The position numbers and the translations under genes were made by a program. DNA of 63,212 nucleotides, filler included. It is 10 parts of 10 records of this genome, joined end to end, with 100 filler letters (N's around TTAATTAATTAA, not from the genome) between each part and the next. Parts side by side here need not be neighbours in the genome. Positions count along the whole stretch, not along the records: positions 48,503 to 53,431 come from SRR20825015_65; positions 53,532 to 56,130 come from SRR20825015_67; positions 56,231 to 63,212 come from SRR20825015_68; 7 more parts are not named here. One strand, written 5' to 3'. Below, one piece after another: positions 48,503-59,999 of this stretch. Each line of letters begins with the position of its first letter. Positions within the stretch are counted from its first letter, which is position 1. The notes beneath the pieces were generated by a model. The model did no database searches. It saw nothing but the letters and a program-made list of their open reading frames with translations, and was not told the DNA's origin.

Positions 48503-51500
48503 ATGAGCACAGGGAGGGTAGACAGTCAAAGGTAATGGTTCTGCCGGGGTGACGGCAATGTGTCCAACCGCAAAAACGAAGAAACCAAAAGACAACCGCA
48601 CTTACTGTTGACATGCGTAGTGGAGAGGAGTCTTGCCCATCCAATCGCGGGTCAGAAATCCCTTATCGTGAAACGACAACTCCTTCACCTGACTCAAATC
48701 CTTCCGTGCCACCGCCGAGTGAAGCAAGCCCATGCCAGGTAGTACTTTAGAGCAATTCATCAACGATTCGGGTCGAGGGCGGACTACAACACACCACACT
48801 CTACACCTCCGAGTGTCACAACCACTGCGGTTATGTTTCTTTGGAATGGAGTGGAAGAAAGTAGGGACCATATTTTGTCTCCTGCAGTCGACGTAAGGGA
48901 GTATCTTCTCGCACAAACACTTCTCCTCCCGCATCAACTTCACTTCGTTTCGCTTCGCGTTGAGGAAGAAGAAACTGTCGCCGAGCCTTGACAGCGCCTC
49001 GCACGATTTGATCGCTTGGCGAACGGCTAACAGATTGTCTGTTGGACTCACGTTGGGCAGCGTACCGGAGCTGATGTTGGAACCTTCTAGAACGACGTGA
49101 ACTGCAGGAAAGAGAACGGAGAGGGATCGTTAGAGAGAATTAAAGAGGAGCGTAGTGGTCCTCAGAAGCTCTCAACCACAGTGCCGCGTGGGTGGAGGTG
49201 TCACACTTACGTCCGTTGGTGTCGGGTGGTGGCATAGACGGCACCGCGGATGCGTTCCCTTCGATTCTTCCTTTGAGGCTGGCCTCGAAGAATAGACTGG
49301 CAGAGCTCACTTGACTCTGTCTGACCGTCCTTCTTCGCAGCATCTCACTTTGCGACTGTTCGAAATGGATGTGCGGAAATGGAAAAAGCGTTGTGTCGGT
49401 GCGGGTGCGGGTGCGGGTGGGAAAGGGAGTGGAATGAGTGTGAGTGTTGACAGTCAGTTGAATCATGATAGCGCGAACTTCGCACCTGCACCATCCCACT
49501 CTTTGCATGCACAGGTACATACAAGTCTCTCAACAAACTGTTCGAACGGTGCTGTAGATTTGCCGTCAAATCCTTCTTCGACGTTCGCGACCGGAAGACG
49601 AAGGGTGATCCTCGTATCATTCTTGACTTGCTCGAATTCACCTCCAATGGGCCTAGTATGTCGTTTTCCTCGCCATTCTTACCATCCTCAGTCGTGACGA
49701 TGGACGAAGACAAACTGTATTCCTGTATATCTATCGAATGCTGCATCTCCAGCTGCTTTTGCAGACGCGTACTTCGGAGATACGAATGCAACACTCGGGG
49801 AAAGTACGACTCCGATATGGCGTTGAAGTTCAGCAGCAGCACGCACGCATTCACGTTGTTGTGTTCTGCATCATCGAGAGCCTGAAGAAGCAGCCGCACA
49901 CTGCTCCACGTCAACCGATTCATCTGAAGGTTTAGCAGTTTCAGAGTTGCCGACCCTCTTAAGAGAGGCGCGAGAGCGTTTCCAACGTCGTCGGTTGCAC
50001 CGGTGTCTTCCAGAATAATGTGCTGCAGACATTGAGCCTTCATCAAACTTTCTGACAGTCGGGTGATTTCCTTCGGAGTGATGTCCGAGAAAACCGAAAC
50101 TGAATCCATCCCGTTCTCGTGGAAGGTGCGCGCGTGTGAGAGGTCCAAAGTGGTTACGGTGCTGTTACGTTGGAGTCCGGAGACGATGTTCATCAACCCG
50201 TCTAAACTTAGCACACTTCCTTGAATGCTCACATCTATAGGGGCCAAGGGTCAGAGCGTTCTTTCTGTTGAGAAGCGGTGTCGTAACCTCACCTTTCAGA
50301 TCTGTCAGTTTGTTCTCAGATAAGCACTCGGCGATTATGGCGGTTTCAGCATCCATAATCACGGCGTTGCTCACGTCCAGTTTCGTGATTCTCGACACCA
50401 TCATCTCCATGAGTGTGGCGGACTTGCTGGAAGGAATCTTGTGAGGGTAACACGTCATTGTGTCGAGCGCCGTTCTCCTTAAGAAGCTCGAATCCGTTTG
50501 CTGCAAGAAGAAGTTGCCATGCAGTAGAATCTGAAGAGCTGGGCGTGCGAGTGTGGCGAACGTGGTTTCAGCTGTCTCCCACATAAACCCAGCGCCTTGA
50601 TCAGTGATGCAGTTCAGACGAAGATCCAAACGCCTCAGCGACACTATTTGCACGAGGGATGGGAAGATAGCTTCGATGATACGGTCGTTGATGCCGCTGT
50701 TCATCAGGTTGAGCTCAACCAAGCCTCTCGGGAACTTGTGAGCGAATGTTGTGGCTGCTTCTGTGAGTGCCATGAACAAGTCTTTCGTACTCGGCCTCGT
50801 CCAGCATGGGATGTTCTAGACCCATCGCGATAAGGAACGAGGAAAGAAAAAAAAAAAAACAGGAAAACAAAGTCACAACAATAAGTCTAATGTGGATGGT
50901 GCAGCGATGCGGCTCACCTTGGCGTGCTCCCACACTGCCCAGGACGTGTCGCCTGTACCCGACGATACCTCAAAGCTACGTCGAAGACGTTCAACCTTTC
51001 AATACAGAAGGAAACAAAACAAAATAAAACAGAGCAAAGCAAAAATGAAGAAAAGGAAAATCGTCGCACAGGTTGGCAACGTTTTAGCTGCGCGTCATGT
51101 CGGAGTGCGCTCTCATGGTCACCCACCGCTGTCCTTGGCCACTTATTGAAGGAATCTGATTCTATTTCGTCACTGTCGAGTAACCGTGAAACACCGGGCT
51201 TGTCCATAACTCTGAAGCCCTTCTGCGGAAGACAATCCAGCCGAACAAGCGTGGGGTGCGCCTCTAACAACTCGACCAGGTTGGCGAGGTAAGCCATTGA
51301 CACTCGGTTCTGTGGGAGACTCGTGAGCAACGCGACGAGGGAGCTCCAAGTGGACCAGTGAACAACAGAAGAAAAGCGCACAGAAAAAACAAAAAAAACA
51401 CACACACATAGAGAGGCACACACTCATGTGGTAAGTGAGGGAGGGCCTTACGTAGGTAATATCCAGCACCACAAGGTTACGCAGGTCAGCTGCAACCGGA

Positions 51501-52206
51501 CCTGACGTTAGTGAAAGGAAAGAAAGACGGACTTAAGTGTTCCGACCTGCTACCCTGCCCAGAGCTCGGCAGCCGTCATCAGTGATCTGAATCCGCAGAG
51601 TTAGTCGGGGCGTTGAGACATAGATGGGGTGCCGTACCTCGTTCCAAGACAATATGAGCTCCTTGAGTGTGTCACGGATGCCACATCCACTAAACGATAA
51701 ACTCCCCGCTAGCCCGAGCACAAACTGATCACCTATCTTACTCCCAGGGGCGATGAGGTACTCTACAGAGTCTGCCGTGATGCGCGCGTCAGGTACCGCT
51801 CCTTCACGTTGAAATGAGGCACCACAATCACCCACGATGGCGAGTGTGCAACTTACTATTTTTCCCGAGAGCTCGCGCCAGCCTCAACAAATCGTTCTGC
51901 GACCATTGCCACAACGATGACAACGAACTCGTCCTCTGTGAACATTGGTAGCGATGGTCAGCCAGAGTTGCGATGGTGGATGACAGGTCACTCGCCACAC
52001 GTGGCCCTCGATATTACCTGTGTGACCTTTCCGAGAGACACAACGGCGATGCGACTGCTCTCCACCTGCAGCACACAGTGTCAGCCTCCAAAGCGAGGGA
52101 AGGCACAACAAACCCGTACCTGTTTGCACACCAGAGCAGGCCATGAGGTGTGTTGCTTCGTTACAACCCTCCTCACCACCGCTGCTGGGCCGGGTTTACC
52201 CTCCAT
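48503..52206 (-). CDS. RNI-type LRR protein followed by ankyrin repeat(s) (3' partial), multi-exon
   Basis: LKELILSWNE/ITDDGCRALG, LRRLDLRLNCITDQGA and LKLLNLQMNRLT are RNI-like LRRs; DWMGKTPLHYAC is an ankyrin motif near 48610. Confidence 0.75.
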
Positions 52207-52509
52207 GTTGCCTTGTGTTGTGACCGGAAACGTTTTTCACTGTTACCAATTCTTTTGTCGGTTCAAATTTTTTGTGCGTTTCTCGCGAAAGCGGCTGCAA
52301 CCCACACACTTGTTGGTGGTGTGGACGATGGGTGTGTGAAGAAGGAAGTCGCAACCACTAAGAAAATCCGAGAGTGAAGCCTTTCCGACACACACACGAA
52401 CCCCAAATACACACACCAAACGTCGGTAGACAGAGCCCACGTTGCTCTTAGTCGCCAGCTGCACACAAATCACACACGAGAATTGGTGTGAGCGTGAATC
52501 CCACGGACC

Positions 52510-53359
52510 ATGAGCGAAAGCGACAACAGTGACTCAACCATCACTTTGCAAGACTTGCGCCGAAGCCACAAGGTTATGTTCAGATCGAAAACGAGTGTTG
52601 GCCCAAACAAGATCGTCCCAGCCGACAGCGACGGAGAAGAACGCCCCAAGGACTTCCAGCCAATTGGTATGCGTATGCGGTTTAGGGGGTTTCCCTATCG
52701 ACTTGCTAACTCCCTCGATAGGCATCGTTGAGCCAAACGTAGACGCTTCACACACCCTCGAGCGGAAGAGAACGCAATTTAAACGAAAATCCGTGACAGA
52801 GCCTCTCCAGGGACCGACTTTGGAGCTCGTAAGTGCTCGAGACAAACGACAACGACAACGCATGCTGACCGTTCACTCCCAACCCAGAACCCGCAGGACC
52901 TACCTCTACGGCCCGAGTCAGAAACTTTAGGGTATCCCCAAGGGCCAATTTTTCGCAAGCCTGAAAACGTTTTCAATCAACTGAATCTGAAGTAAGGCTG
53001 TCATTTCCTCTTCAGTACCACTCACAAATGCGACCTCCATGCAACCCCACAGAGATCCCACAGCAGCTAGTGTTGTCAACTTCGCACGCATGTACGGAGA
53101 CGAATTCAGCGAAGAAAGCCCGGCACCAGCTCAAGTAAGTCAACCCTCAACACCAACCATATGTGTTCACAGCCAACACCAACCATAACATCACCTGACC
53201 GTGTGGACCAACTGCCTCTCTCTCTTCCTCTCTGCTTCTCTCTTTGCCACGACACAGGCCGAAATGGAGCAGAATAAGTCACAAAAGGACACCTCCCGAT
53301 TCAGGGGGTTTGCGCCTGCTGTTAAACACCTAAACTTTTCGAATCTCGTGAAGAGTCAG
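52510..53359 (+). CDS. Uncharacterised multi-exon protein, 5' part
   Basis: ATG at 52510 (MSESDNSDSTITLQDLRR) followed by GT-AG introns with CTAAC/CTGAC branch sites; no family recognised. Confidence 0.55.
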
Positions 53360-53431
53360 GTAGGTGTCTGTCGCTGCCACACAGCACTAGTTGACCTCCT
53401 ATCCTTCGCTTCTTTCTTTCCTTCGCTTCTT

Positions 53432-53531
53432 NNNNNNNNNNNNNNNNNNNNNNNNNNNNNNNNNNNNNNNNNNNNTTAATTAATTAANNNNNNNNNNNNN
53501 NNNNNNNNNNNNNNNNNNNNNNNNNNNNNNN
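53432..53531. other. Artificial contig linker 8
   Basis: N44-TTAATTAATTAA-N44. Confidence 0.99.
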
Positions 53532-53804
53532 CCCCCCTCGGCCCACAGTCCCGTTAAGAACAGAGATGTTAGGATGCTGCTGCGCGACGTTGTGTTGTTG
53601 CTGTTGGTCGGGGGAGAGGGACAGGTGGAGGTTAAGGAGGCGGCTAGCCTTAGTGCAGGCAGAGTGGAGTAGGAACTCATGCCCCTCACTTGAGATGAAT
53701 CTAACATAGTCGGAGGGGTGCAGGGGGGCGGTGGTGGTGGTGGCTCCGGGTGGGGAGGCTGCCGCCGAGATAGTGGTTGCGGGGGCTTTAATCACAGAAG
53801 ACAT
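53532..53804 (-). CDS. Elongin-C/Skp1 POZ-like protein, N-terminal part
   Basis: DYVRFISSEGHEFLLHSACTKASRLL resembles Elongin C YVKLISSDGHEFIV. Confidence 0.65.
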
Positions 53805-54008
53805 AGTTCTAATAAACAGTGTAATGTGTCTGTTCAGTTTAAAAACAATATCTCTGGTTCAAAATATTATGGAAATAAATACTTAAAAAGTAAGAGGAGG
53901 GGAAATGGATAAAGTTACATCATTTGAAAACGTGTTGACTTGAAAAACGAGAGGGATATGATAAATTGTAAAATGTGTGTAATTGACTAAGTCGTTGGGT
54001 GGTTATCC

Positions 54009-54722
54009 TCATGCGGTTGGGGGTGGTACATCACCACCCGCTGCTGGAGCAGCAGCAGCAGCCGGTGCGGCGGCACTATTAACTTCTGCTGCTACTGCGG
54101 GCTCGCTGCTAGGAGTGCTAGCGGCGACGGTGGCATCTGGGACCGCAGCGGTAGCCGCATCATCAACGGGGGTACTACTACTGTTTCCATCTTCCACCTT
54201 CTTATCCTCCCCCTCCCCATTCTTTTCCTTTAATTCGTTCCCCATCAACCCCTGGACGTTATGTGACAACCACAGGGGGAGCATAGTAGATACCGTGGTG
54301 GTGATAGAGGGGAGGAAGAGTAGTTTGAGGTACACAGCCATTAGGCGGAAGGCGGCCTCCTGTGGTACGCGCTCAGCCCTCCTTGTGGTGAGGATAGCGA
54401 CGTGGGCAAGACGATCCCACACCGGCATCATAGGTCGGACCTTACGGTAAAATACCTGCTTTTGCCGCCAGAAGACCTGCTCGTCGCCGTGGACATGCTC
54501 GGCGTCGATCAGGCGGAATTCGGCCTCGGATGTGTGTGGGCCGCCACGGACATGGGAGCGGTGATACGTGACGGTGGAGGTGGTGGCGTGGGTACGTCCC
54601 CGGTAGGAGACAAGTAGGTTCCGTTGTGCGACGCGTAGTGCGTGGTCGGGCCTAGCTGGAGCCTTACTGGCTACCTTGGCCATCACACGGGCCATGGTGG
54701 CCGCGGCAGCACTGTTGCTCAT
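54009..54722 (-). CDS. Hypothetical protein (intronless, 237 aa, Ala-rich termini, possible mitochondrial presequence)
   Basis: GC-rich ORF within AT-rich flanks, preceded by a polypyrimidine tract + AG; no family recognised. Confidence 0.65.
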   Translation of the reverse strand: MSNSAAAATMARVMAKVASKAPARPDHALRVAQRNLLVSYRGRTHATTSTVTYHRSHVRGGPHTSEAEFRLIDAEHVHGDEQVFWRQKQVFYRKVRPMMPVWDRLAHVAILTTRRAERVPQEAAFRLMAVYLKLLFLPSITTTVSTMLPLWLSHNVQGLMGNELKEKNGEGEDKKVEDGNSSSTPVDDAATAAVPDATVAASTPSSEPAVAAEVNSAAAPAAAAAPAAGGDVPPPTA

Positions 54723-55935
54723 ATTCCTAAAATGGTTGTGCTATTTTCTAAAAATAAAGAGTGGTAAATAAAGAGAGGGATAAAAATGAAAAACACTACA
54801 CATTATTTGTATTTTAAATAAAAAAGTGTAAAGCAGTACTAATAGATTGAAGCGGTAGTTACATATTTGAGAGTGTTGGGTGTTGTTATAGTATTGTTGT
54901 TAAAGTGGGGTGTGTGTGTTTTTTTTGATGGACAACGGAGTGTCGTTGCTCAATGCTGGCTCTGGGGGAAACAATCTACATCACCAGGGCGCTCAAAAAC
55001 GAGCGGAGTGTGCGCAGTCACTTCGTGGTTGAAGTGAGGTGTGTTGAGAGGGGTGATTTTTTTGGTACGATAAAATATCTTTTAAAAATTTGTTGTACAT
55101 CGCATTCTAATGCCAATAGGTTTAAGATTTACAGACCCACATACCATACCTACAATCGCCTTAAGTTTTAATCCCTGTGTTGAGTATGAATGTGTAGTTT
55201 CCAAAAAAGATGTGTGGCCTCAAAAAATAAATGAAGGGATAGAATGGAAATAAAAATTAGGTTAAAGATATAAATCATGGTACGCTTGCACAGTTCCATT
55301 TCCAGCAGTAATTCTGAAGGCGGTGTGGTAAACGGCACGGCCTTTGCCATTGGATTGATGAGCTGTGTGATACCATGCAGTGGAGGGGGATGGTGGTGCT
55401 GTGTGGGGAGTGCTGTACATATATATATGTTGTGTGTGTAAAAGATGTGAGAGTGTGTGTGCTCTGTGCTGTGGAAAAAAAAAACCCACCTCAATGGATA
55501 CCAAACTAATCAGGTTATCAAGAAGGAACAAGGAGGTTGTGTGCATATACCCCCGTGTTGTATTTCTTGTCAACTATATAAATGTGAAACTAGGTGTATC
55601 GCGCACGTGCGAACTTTTACCAGTAACGCGCACGCACGAACAACTACACGCCAATGGTTGATGTTGATGAATATAAAACCCGCCCCCCTTCTATTCCTGA
55701 CGAGAGGGCGTGGTGCCAATTTTTTGTTTTTGTTTCCTACTGTTTTTAATATTGATTAAATGTTGTTTAATCTGCTGCGAATTAATTAATCCCATGTCAC
55801 TTTTGTGACATAGAGATGCTCGCCATATCCAACCCTACCCCTACATAATGTGTAGGTAAAAAATGTAGTCTTGTTATCACTAGTGGGTACTATTTCACGG
55901 TTGTTGTGTTCTTGTTTTTTGTGTAAACATGTATA

Positions 55936-56130
55936 CTAGTCAAGGGCAATGTTCTGTAGGTTGTCCATCGTAGACGTCTGTTTGTGGCTGCGCCTCTCAA
56001 GCCACATCTCTAACCCCAGTACAATAATGCTGCACGCTATTTCGACGACAATAAGGGCGATCATGGCGTACGTCAGGCCAGCCCCAATCTCTTCTATATC
56101 ACCGCCCATGTAGGGGATGATGGCCACCAA
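55936..56130 (-). CDS. C-terminus of a membrane protein (5' partial)
   Basis: Frame is open from the contig edge and contains the hydrophobic helix LTYAMIALIVVEIACSIIVLGLEMW. Confidence 0.55.
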   Translation of the reverse strand: MVAIIPYMGGDIEEIGAGLTYAMIALIVVEIACSIIVLGLEMWLERRSHKQTSTMDNLQNIALD

Positions 56131-56230
56131 NNNNNNNNNNNNNNNNNNNNNNNNNNNNNNNNNNNNNNNNNNNNTTAATTAATTAANNNNNNNNNNNNNN
56201 NNNNNNNNNNNNNNNNNNNNNNNNNNNNNN
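56131..56230. other. Artificial contig linker 9
   Basis: N44-TTAATTAATTAA-N44. Confidence 0.99.
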
Positions 56231-56380
56231 CAAAACGCCATTCTCACTTTGAAATTCTACACTGATATCGTCCCGCACAAAATTGGCGACCAATGTGGGT
56301 ATTCCTATACCGAGGTTGACGTAGTATCCGTCCTTGACCTCTTTCGCTATACGTTTTGCTATTCCGTTTTTATCCAACAT
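56231..56380 (-). CDS. scoB: 3-oxoacid CoA-transferase subunit B (3' partial)
   Basis: [21 protein letters not shown], including the catalytic Glu motif. Confidence 0.93.
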
Positions 56381-56382
56381 AT

Positions 56383-57084
56383 CTATGCTTTCTGTCTAAC
56401 TGTTCGTTGCTCAATTCTTTTCTCATACTTCCGACCTTGGAAAATTCGCTGTACAAATATTCCGGGAATATGAATCTGGTTGGGGTCCAAACTACCTGCC
56501 GGAAGTAGTTCTTCTACCTCAGCCACGGTAGTTGTAGCCGCACCACACATACATGGATTAAAATTACGCGCAGTCCCTTTAAAGATGAGATTGCCTGCCT
56601 CGTCTCCTTTCCAGGCTTTTACAAAAGCGAAATCAGCTTTAAAAGCGGGCTCCAAAACATACATTTTACCATCGAACTCCCTAATTTCTTTGCCTTCGGC
56701 CACTTCTGTTCCGTAACCGGCTGGGGTGTAAAATGCGGGAAAACCCGCTTGGGCTGCCCTACACTTCTCTGCAAGCGTTCCTTGAGGTGTGAGTTCTACT
56801 TGTAGTTCTCCACTGAGCATTTGACGTTCAAACTCGTCATTTTCGCCCACATAGGAGGATATCATTTTTTTGATTTGATGCTTTTGCAAGAGCAGTCCCA
56901 GTCCAAAATCGTCCACTCCGGCATTGTTGGATATGCAAGTGATGTCTTTAATGCCCAATCGCACGAGTGCGTCTATTGCGTTCTCCGGTATTCCACATAG
57001 GCCAAATCCACCCAACATGAACGTCATTCCGTCTTCTACTCCCTTCAAGGCATCGGATACATTGGCAACTTTTTTATTGATCAT
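56383..57084 (-). CDS. scoA: 3-oxoacid CoA-transferase subunit A
   Basis: [32 protein letters not shown]. Confidence 0.95.
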   Translation of the reverse strand: MINKKVANVSDALKGVEDGMTFMLGGFGLCGIPENAIDALVRLGIKDITCISNNAGVDDFGLGLLLQKHQIKKMISSYVGENDEFERQMLSGELQVELTPQGTLAEKCRAAQAGFPAFYTPAGYGTEVAEGKEIREFDGKMYVLEPAFKADFAFVKAWKGDEAGNLIFKGTARNFNPCMCGAATTTVAEVEELLPAGSLDPNQIHIPGIFVQRIFQGRKYEKRIEQRTVRQKA

Positions 57085-57123
57085 AGCATTCGTATTAATA
57101 TTCCCTGAAATTACGATTTAAAT

Positions 57124-57167
57124 AAAAAAGCCCCAAGCAAATTAAGATATGCTTGGAGCTTTATTTT
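57124..57167 (-). terminator. Intrinsic terminator after the PBP gene
   Basis: Inverted repeat AAAGC.CCAAGCA / TGCTTGG.GCTTT followed on the minus strand by a T-run. Confidence 0.75.
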
Positions 57168-57183
57168 ATCAAAATGGGTGGAA

Positions 57184-59508
57184 CTAGAAATCTAGGTCAT
57201 CCAAATCATCATCTGTATCGATATTTTCGTCTTTTTGTTGTTGGGAACAATCCAAATCGATGGACATTTCATCCGGCACCTCGAAGGCTTCCTTGGAGAC
57301 TCCAATTTCTTCATTGGCGTAGTTCTTTTTCATATAAAGGGCCCAGATAGGAAGTGCCATTGACGCTCCCTGACCATAACTCAATCCACTAAAGTGTATG
57401 GACCTATCGTCTCCACCTACCCAAACACCGGTCACCAAATTGGGTACCATTCCCATAAACCAACCATCACTCTGGTTCTGTGTGGTTCCTGTTTTACCTG
57501 CTATCGGGTTTGTCAATTCGTATGGGTAGCCGGTTATTATCTTTTTATAAACACTGTTGTTCTTTCCATAAGTATGTCTTAGACGTCCCCCAGAACCGTA
57601 TTGGGTCACACCCTCCAAAAGATTGATCATCGCATAGGCAACATCCTTGCTCAGCACATCCTTGGTTTCTGGTTTGTATTCAAAAAGTACGGTGCCATTT
57701 TTGTCCTCGATGCGTGTTACCATTACGGGTTTCACATATACACCTTGGTTCGCATAAGTCCCGAAGGCGCCCACCATTTCGTACACACTCACATCTGGAG
57801 TACCGAGTGCAATGGATGGCACTGCAGGGATTTCCTTAGTGATTCCCATATTTTTGGCCATGGAAACTACAGCTCCCGGGCCTACTCTATCAATAAGTTG
57901 TGCTGTGATGGTGTTTACCGAATTGGCCAGTGCATTCTTTAATGTCATATCATCCCCTGAATATTTTCCATCGGAATTCTTTGGCGTCCATGCCAACATA
58001 TTCCCATGCTTTCCTGGCTCAATACTATATTGGTTGTCAGGAAGGGTATAACAGGGAGAATATCGTAATTGATCAATGGCAGCTGCATATACAAATGGCT
58101 TAAACAATGATCCAGCCTGTCTTGAACCTTGAATAACATTATCGTACTGAAAGTGTTTGTAATCAATTCCGCCGACCCACGCCTTTACGTGACCGGTCTG
58201 GGGTTCCATGGACATCATGGCGGTGCGCAGGAAGGTCTTGTAGTACCTAATGGAGTCCATCGGTGTCATGATAGTGTCTTTCTCGTAGGAATCGCTGTTC
58301 CAATCAAAAACGGTCATTTCCGTTTGTTTATGGAAAGTGGCCTCGATATCTTTTTCGGACAATCCTTCTCGCTTCAAATGGCGCCATCTTGCAGAACGCT
58401 TCATGGCATTTCGCAAAATAGTATCTATTTCTCCTTTTCGTAAATCCAAAAAAGGAGCGGTAGGGTTCCTGTCAGGGGTATTTTGATGGAAGAATTCGGC
58501 TTGCAAATTACTCATGTGCTCCTGTACGGCTTCTTCCGCATTACGCTGCATTCTGGAGTCGATGGTGGTGTAGACTTTCAGTCCATCCAAATATATATTG
58601 TAATGCTCCCCGTCCGGTTTTGGGTTTTCACGGACCCACTGGTTCAAATAGCGCTGCATGTACATCCTAAAATAGGTGGCCAATCCTTCCCTATGCGATT
58701 CGGGATTAAAATTGATTTTCATCTCCCTGCTCTGCAACGAGTCCTTCTCCTTTTCTGTGATATATCCATACTTTGCCATTTGTCCAAGTACGGTATTGCG
58801 CCTATTGAACACCAATTCCTCACGGCGCATTGGATTGTAGAGCGATGAGTTCTTGAGCATGCCCACTAAAACAGCGGATTCTTCGGTTTTGAGATCGGCA
58901 GGCTCTTTTCCAAAGTAAATCCTGGATGCGGAACGAATGCCATCCGCATTGTACCCAAAATCGTAAATATTAAGGTACATCGCTATGATTTCCTGTTTGG
59001 TATAATTTCTCTCCAAACGGGTTGCAATGACCCACTCCTTTATTTTTTGGGTTACTGCCTCAAACAAGTTCGTAGATCTAACTCCCACAAAAAGTTGGCG
59101 TGCCAATTGCTGCGAGATGGTACTTGCACCACCCTTGGTCCCCAAAAAGGCCAAGGCCCTTGCAAATCCGCGGGCATCAATACCGGAATGGTCGTAATAT
59201 CTGGCATCTTCGGTAGCTACCAAGGCATCTACAATGTTTTGCGGAAGGGTTTCGTAGTTTACCCAAGTTCTGTTGTCGTCCAAATAGAGTTTCCCCAAAG
59301 TTTCACCATCCGAAGAGATAAACTCGGTGGCCAAGTTGGTCTCGGGATTTTCCAAACGCTCAAAGGTTGGCATTTCCCCAAACACTCCCCATGAGGCCAG
59401 TAGAAAAATAAGTACTACGGATAGGACACCTGCTCCGAATATAATCCAAAACCACTTGATAAAAGGGAAAAAATTCTGCTGCTGTTTTTTTTGACGTTTC
59501 TTTGCCAT
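57184..59508 (-). CDS. mrcA: Class A penicillin-binding protein (PBP1A; transglycosylase + transpeptidase)
   Basis: EDARYYDHSG, GASTISQQL, SLFK (SxxK), SVN and KTG motifs. Confidence 0.93.
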   Translation of the reverse strand: MAKKRQKKQQQNFFPFIKWFWIIFGAGVLSVVLIFLLASWGVFGEMPTFERLENPETNLATEFISSDGETLGKLYLDDNRTWVNYETLPQNIVDALVATEDARYYDHSGIDARGFARALAFLGTKGGASTISQQLARQLFVGVRSTNLFEAVTQKIKEWVIATRLERNYTKQEIIAMYLNIYDFGYNADGIRSASRIYFGKEPADLKTEESAVLVGMLKNSSLYNPMRREELVFNRRNTVLGQMAKYGYITEKEKDSLQSREMKINFNPESHREGLATYFRMYMQRYLNQWVRENPKPDGEHYNIYLDGLKVYTTIDSRMQRNAEEAVQEHMSNLQAEFFHQNTPDRNPTAPFLDLRKGEIDTILRNAMKRSARWRHLKREGLSEKDIEATFHKQTEMTVFDWNSDSYEKDTIMTPMDSIRYYKTFLRTAMMSMEPQTGHVKAWVGGIDYKHFQYDNVIQGSRQAGSLFKPFVYAAAIDQLRYSPCYTLPDNQYSIEPGKHGNMLAWTPKNSDGKYSGDDMTLKNALANSVNTITAQLIDRVGPGAVVSMAKNMGITKEIPAVPSIALGTPDVSVYEMVGAFGTYANQGVYVKPVMVTRIEDKNGTVLFEYKPETKDVLSKDVAYAMINLLEGVTQYGSGGRLRHTYGKNNSVYKKIITGYPYELTNPIAGKTGTTQNQSDGWFMGMVPNLVTGVWVGGDDRSIHFSGLSYGQGASMALPIWALYMKKNYANEEIGVSKEAFEVPDEMSIDLDCSQQQKDENIDTDDDLDDLDF

Positions 59509-59999
59509 TATAATTTGGGTGCTTTTTCTATTTCCAAACCAACATCCGTTATTCCCTCCAAAACATGGAGGCCTTCCACATCACCATTTTTTCGCATGGC
59601 ATGGGAAATATTCACCTTATATACGCCGGAATCGGGAAAATCGATGTTTTCCTTGAACCAAAGTTTATTTTCTTTAATGCTGCCCATTCCTTTACCAAGC
59701 CATTCCCCATTGGGCTCCGCCATTCTATATTCCAACGTGTCCTTAACGGTATTGCCGCTCGGATATTCTAACTCGGTTATCAAAAATAAATTGCTAAAGG
59801 CAAAATTATCGTCGTTCCTAATGTTTATGAACAGGTTGTAGGTTTGGCTAGAATCCAGTTCAGAAAATTGAAAATCGACATCTTGGCCCATCTCCCATTT
59901 GGCTTCCTTAACCGGTTTATACTCTGAATAAACCAACAATTCGTTACAAGACGACAGGGTAAGAATCGCAATCGAAAGAAACAAAAATTTATTTCGCAT
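59508..59999 (-). CDS. gldH: Gliding motility lipoprotein GldH
   Basis: Start MRNKFLFLSIAILTLSSC contains a lipobox; FSNLFLI..DTLEY.MA.PNGEWLGKG..HAMR. Overlaps both neighbours (translational coupling). Confidence 0.92.
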   Translation of the reverse strand: MRNKFLFLSIAILTLSSCNELLVYSEYKPVKEAKWEMGQDVDFQFSELDSSQTYNLFINIRNDDNFAFSNLFLITELEYPSGNTVKDTLEYRMAEPNGEWLGKGMGSIKENKLWFKENIDFPDSGVYKVNISHAMRKNGDVEGLHVLEGITDVGLEIEKAPKL

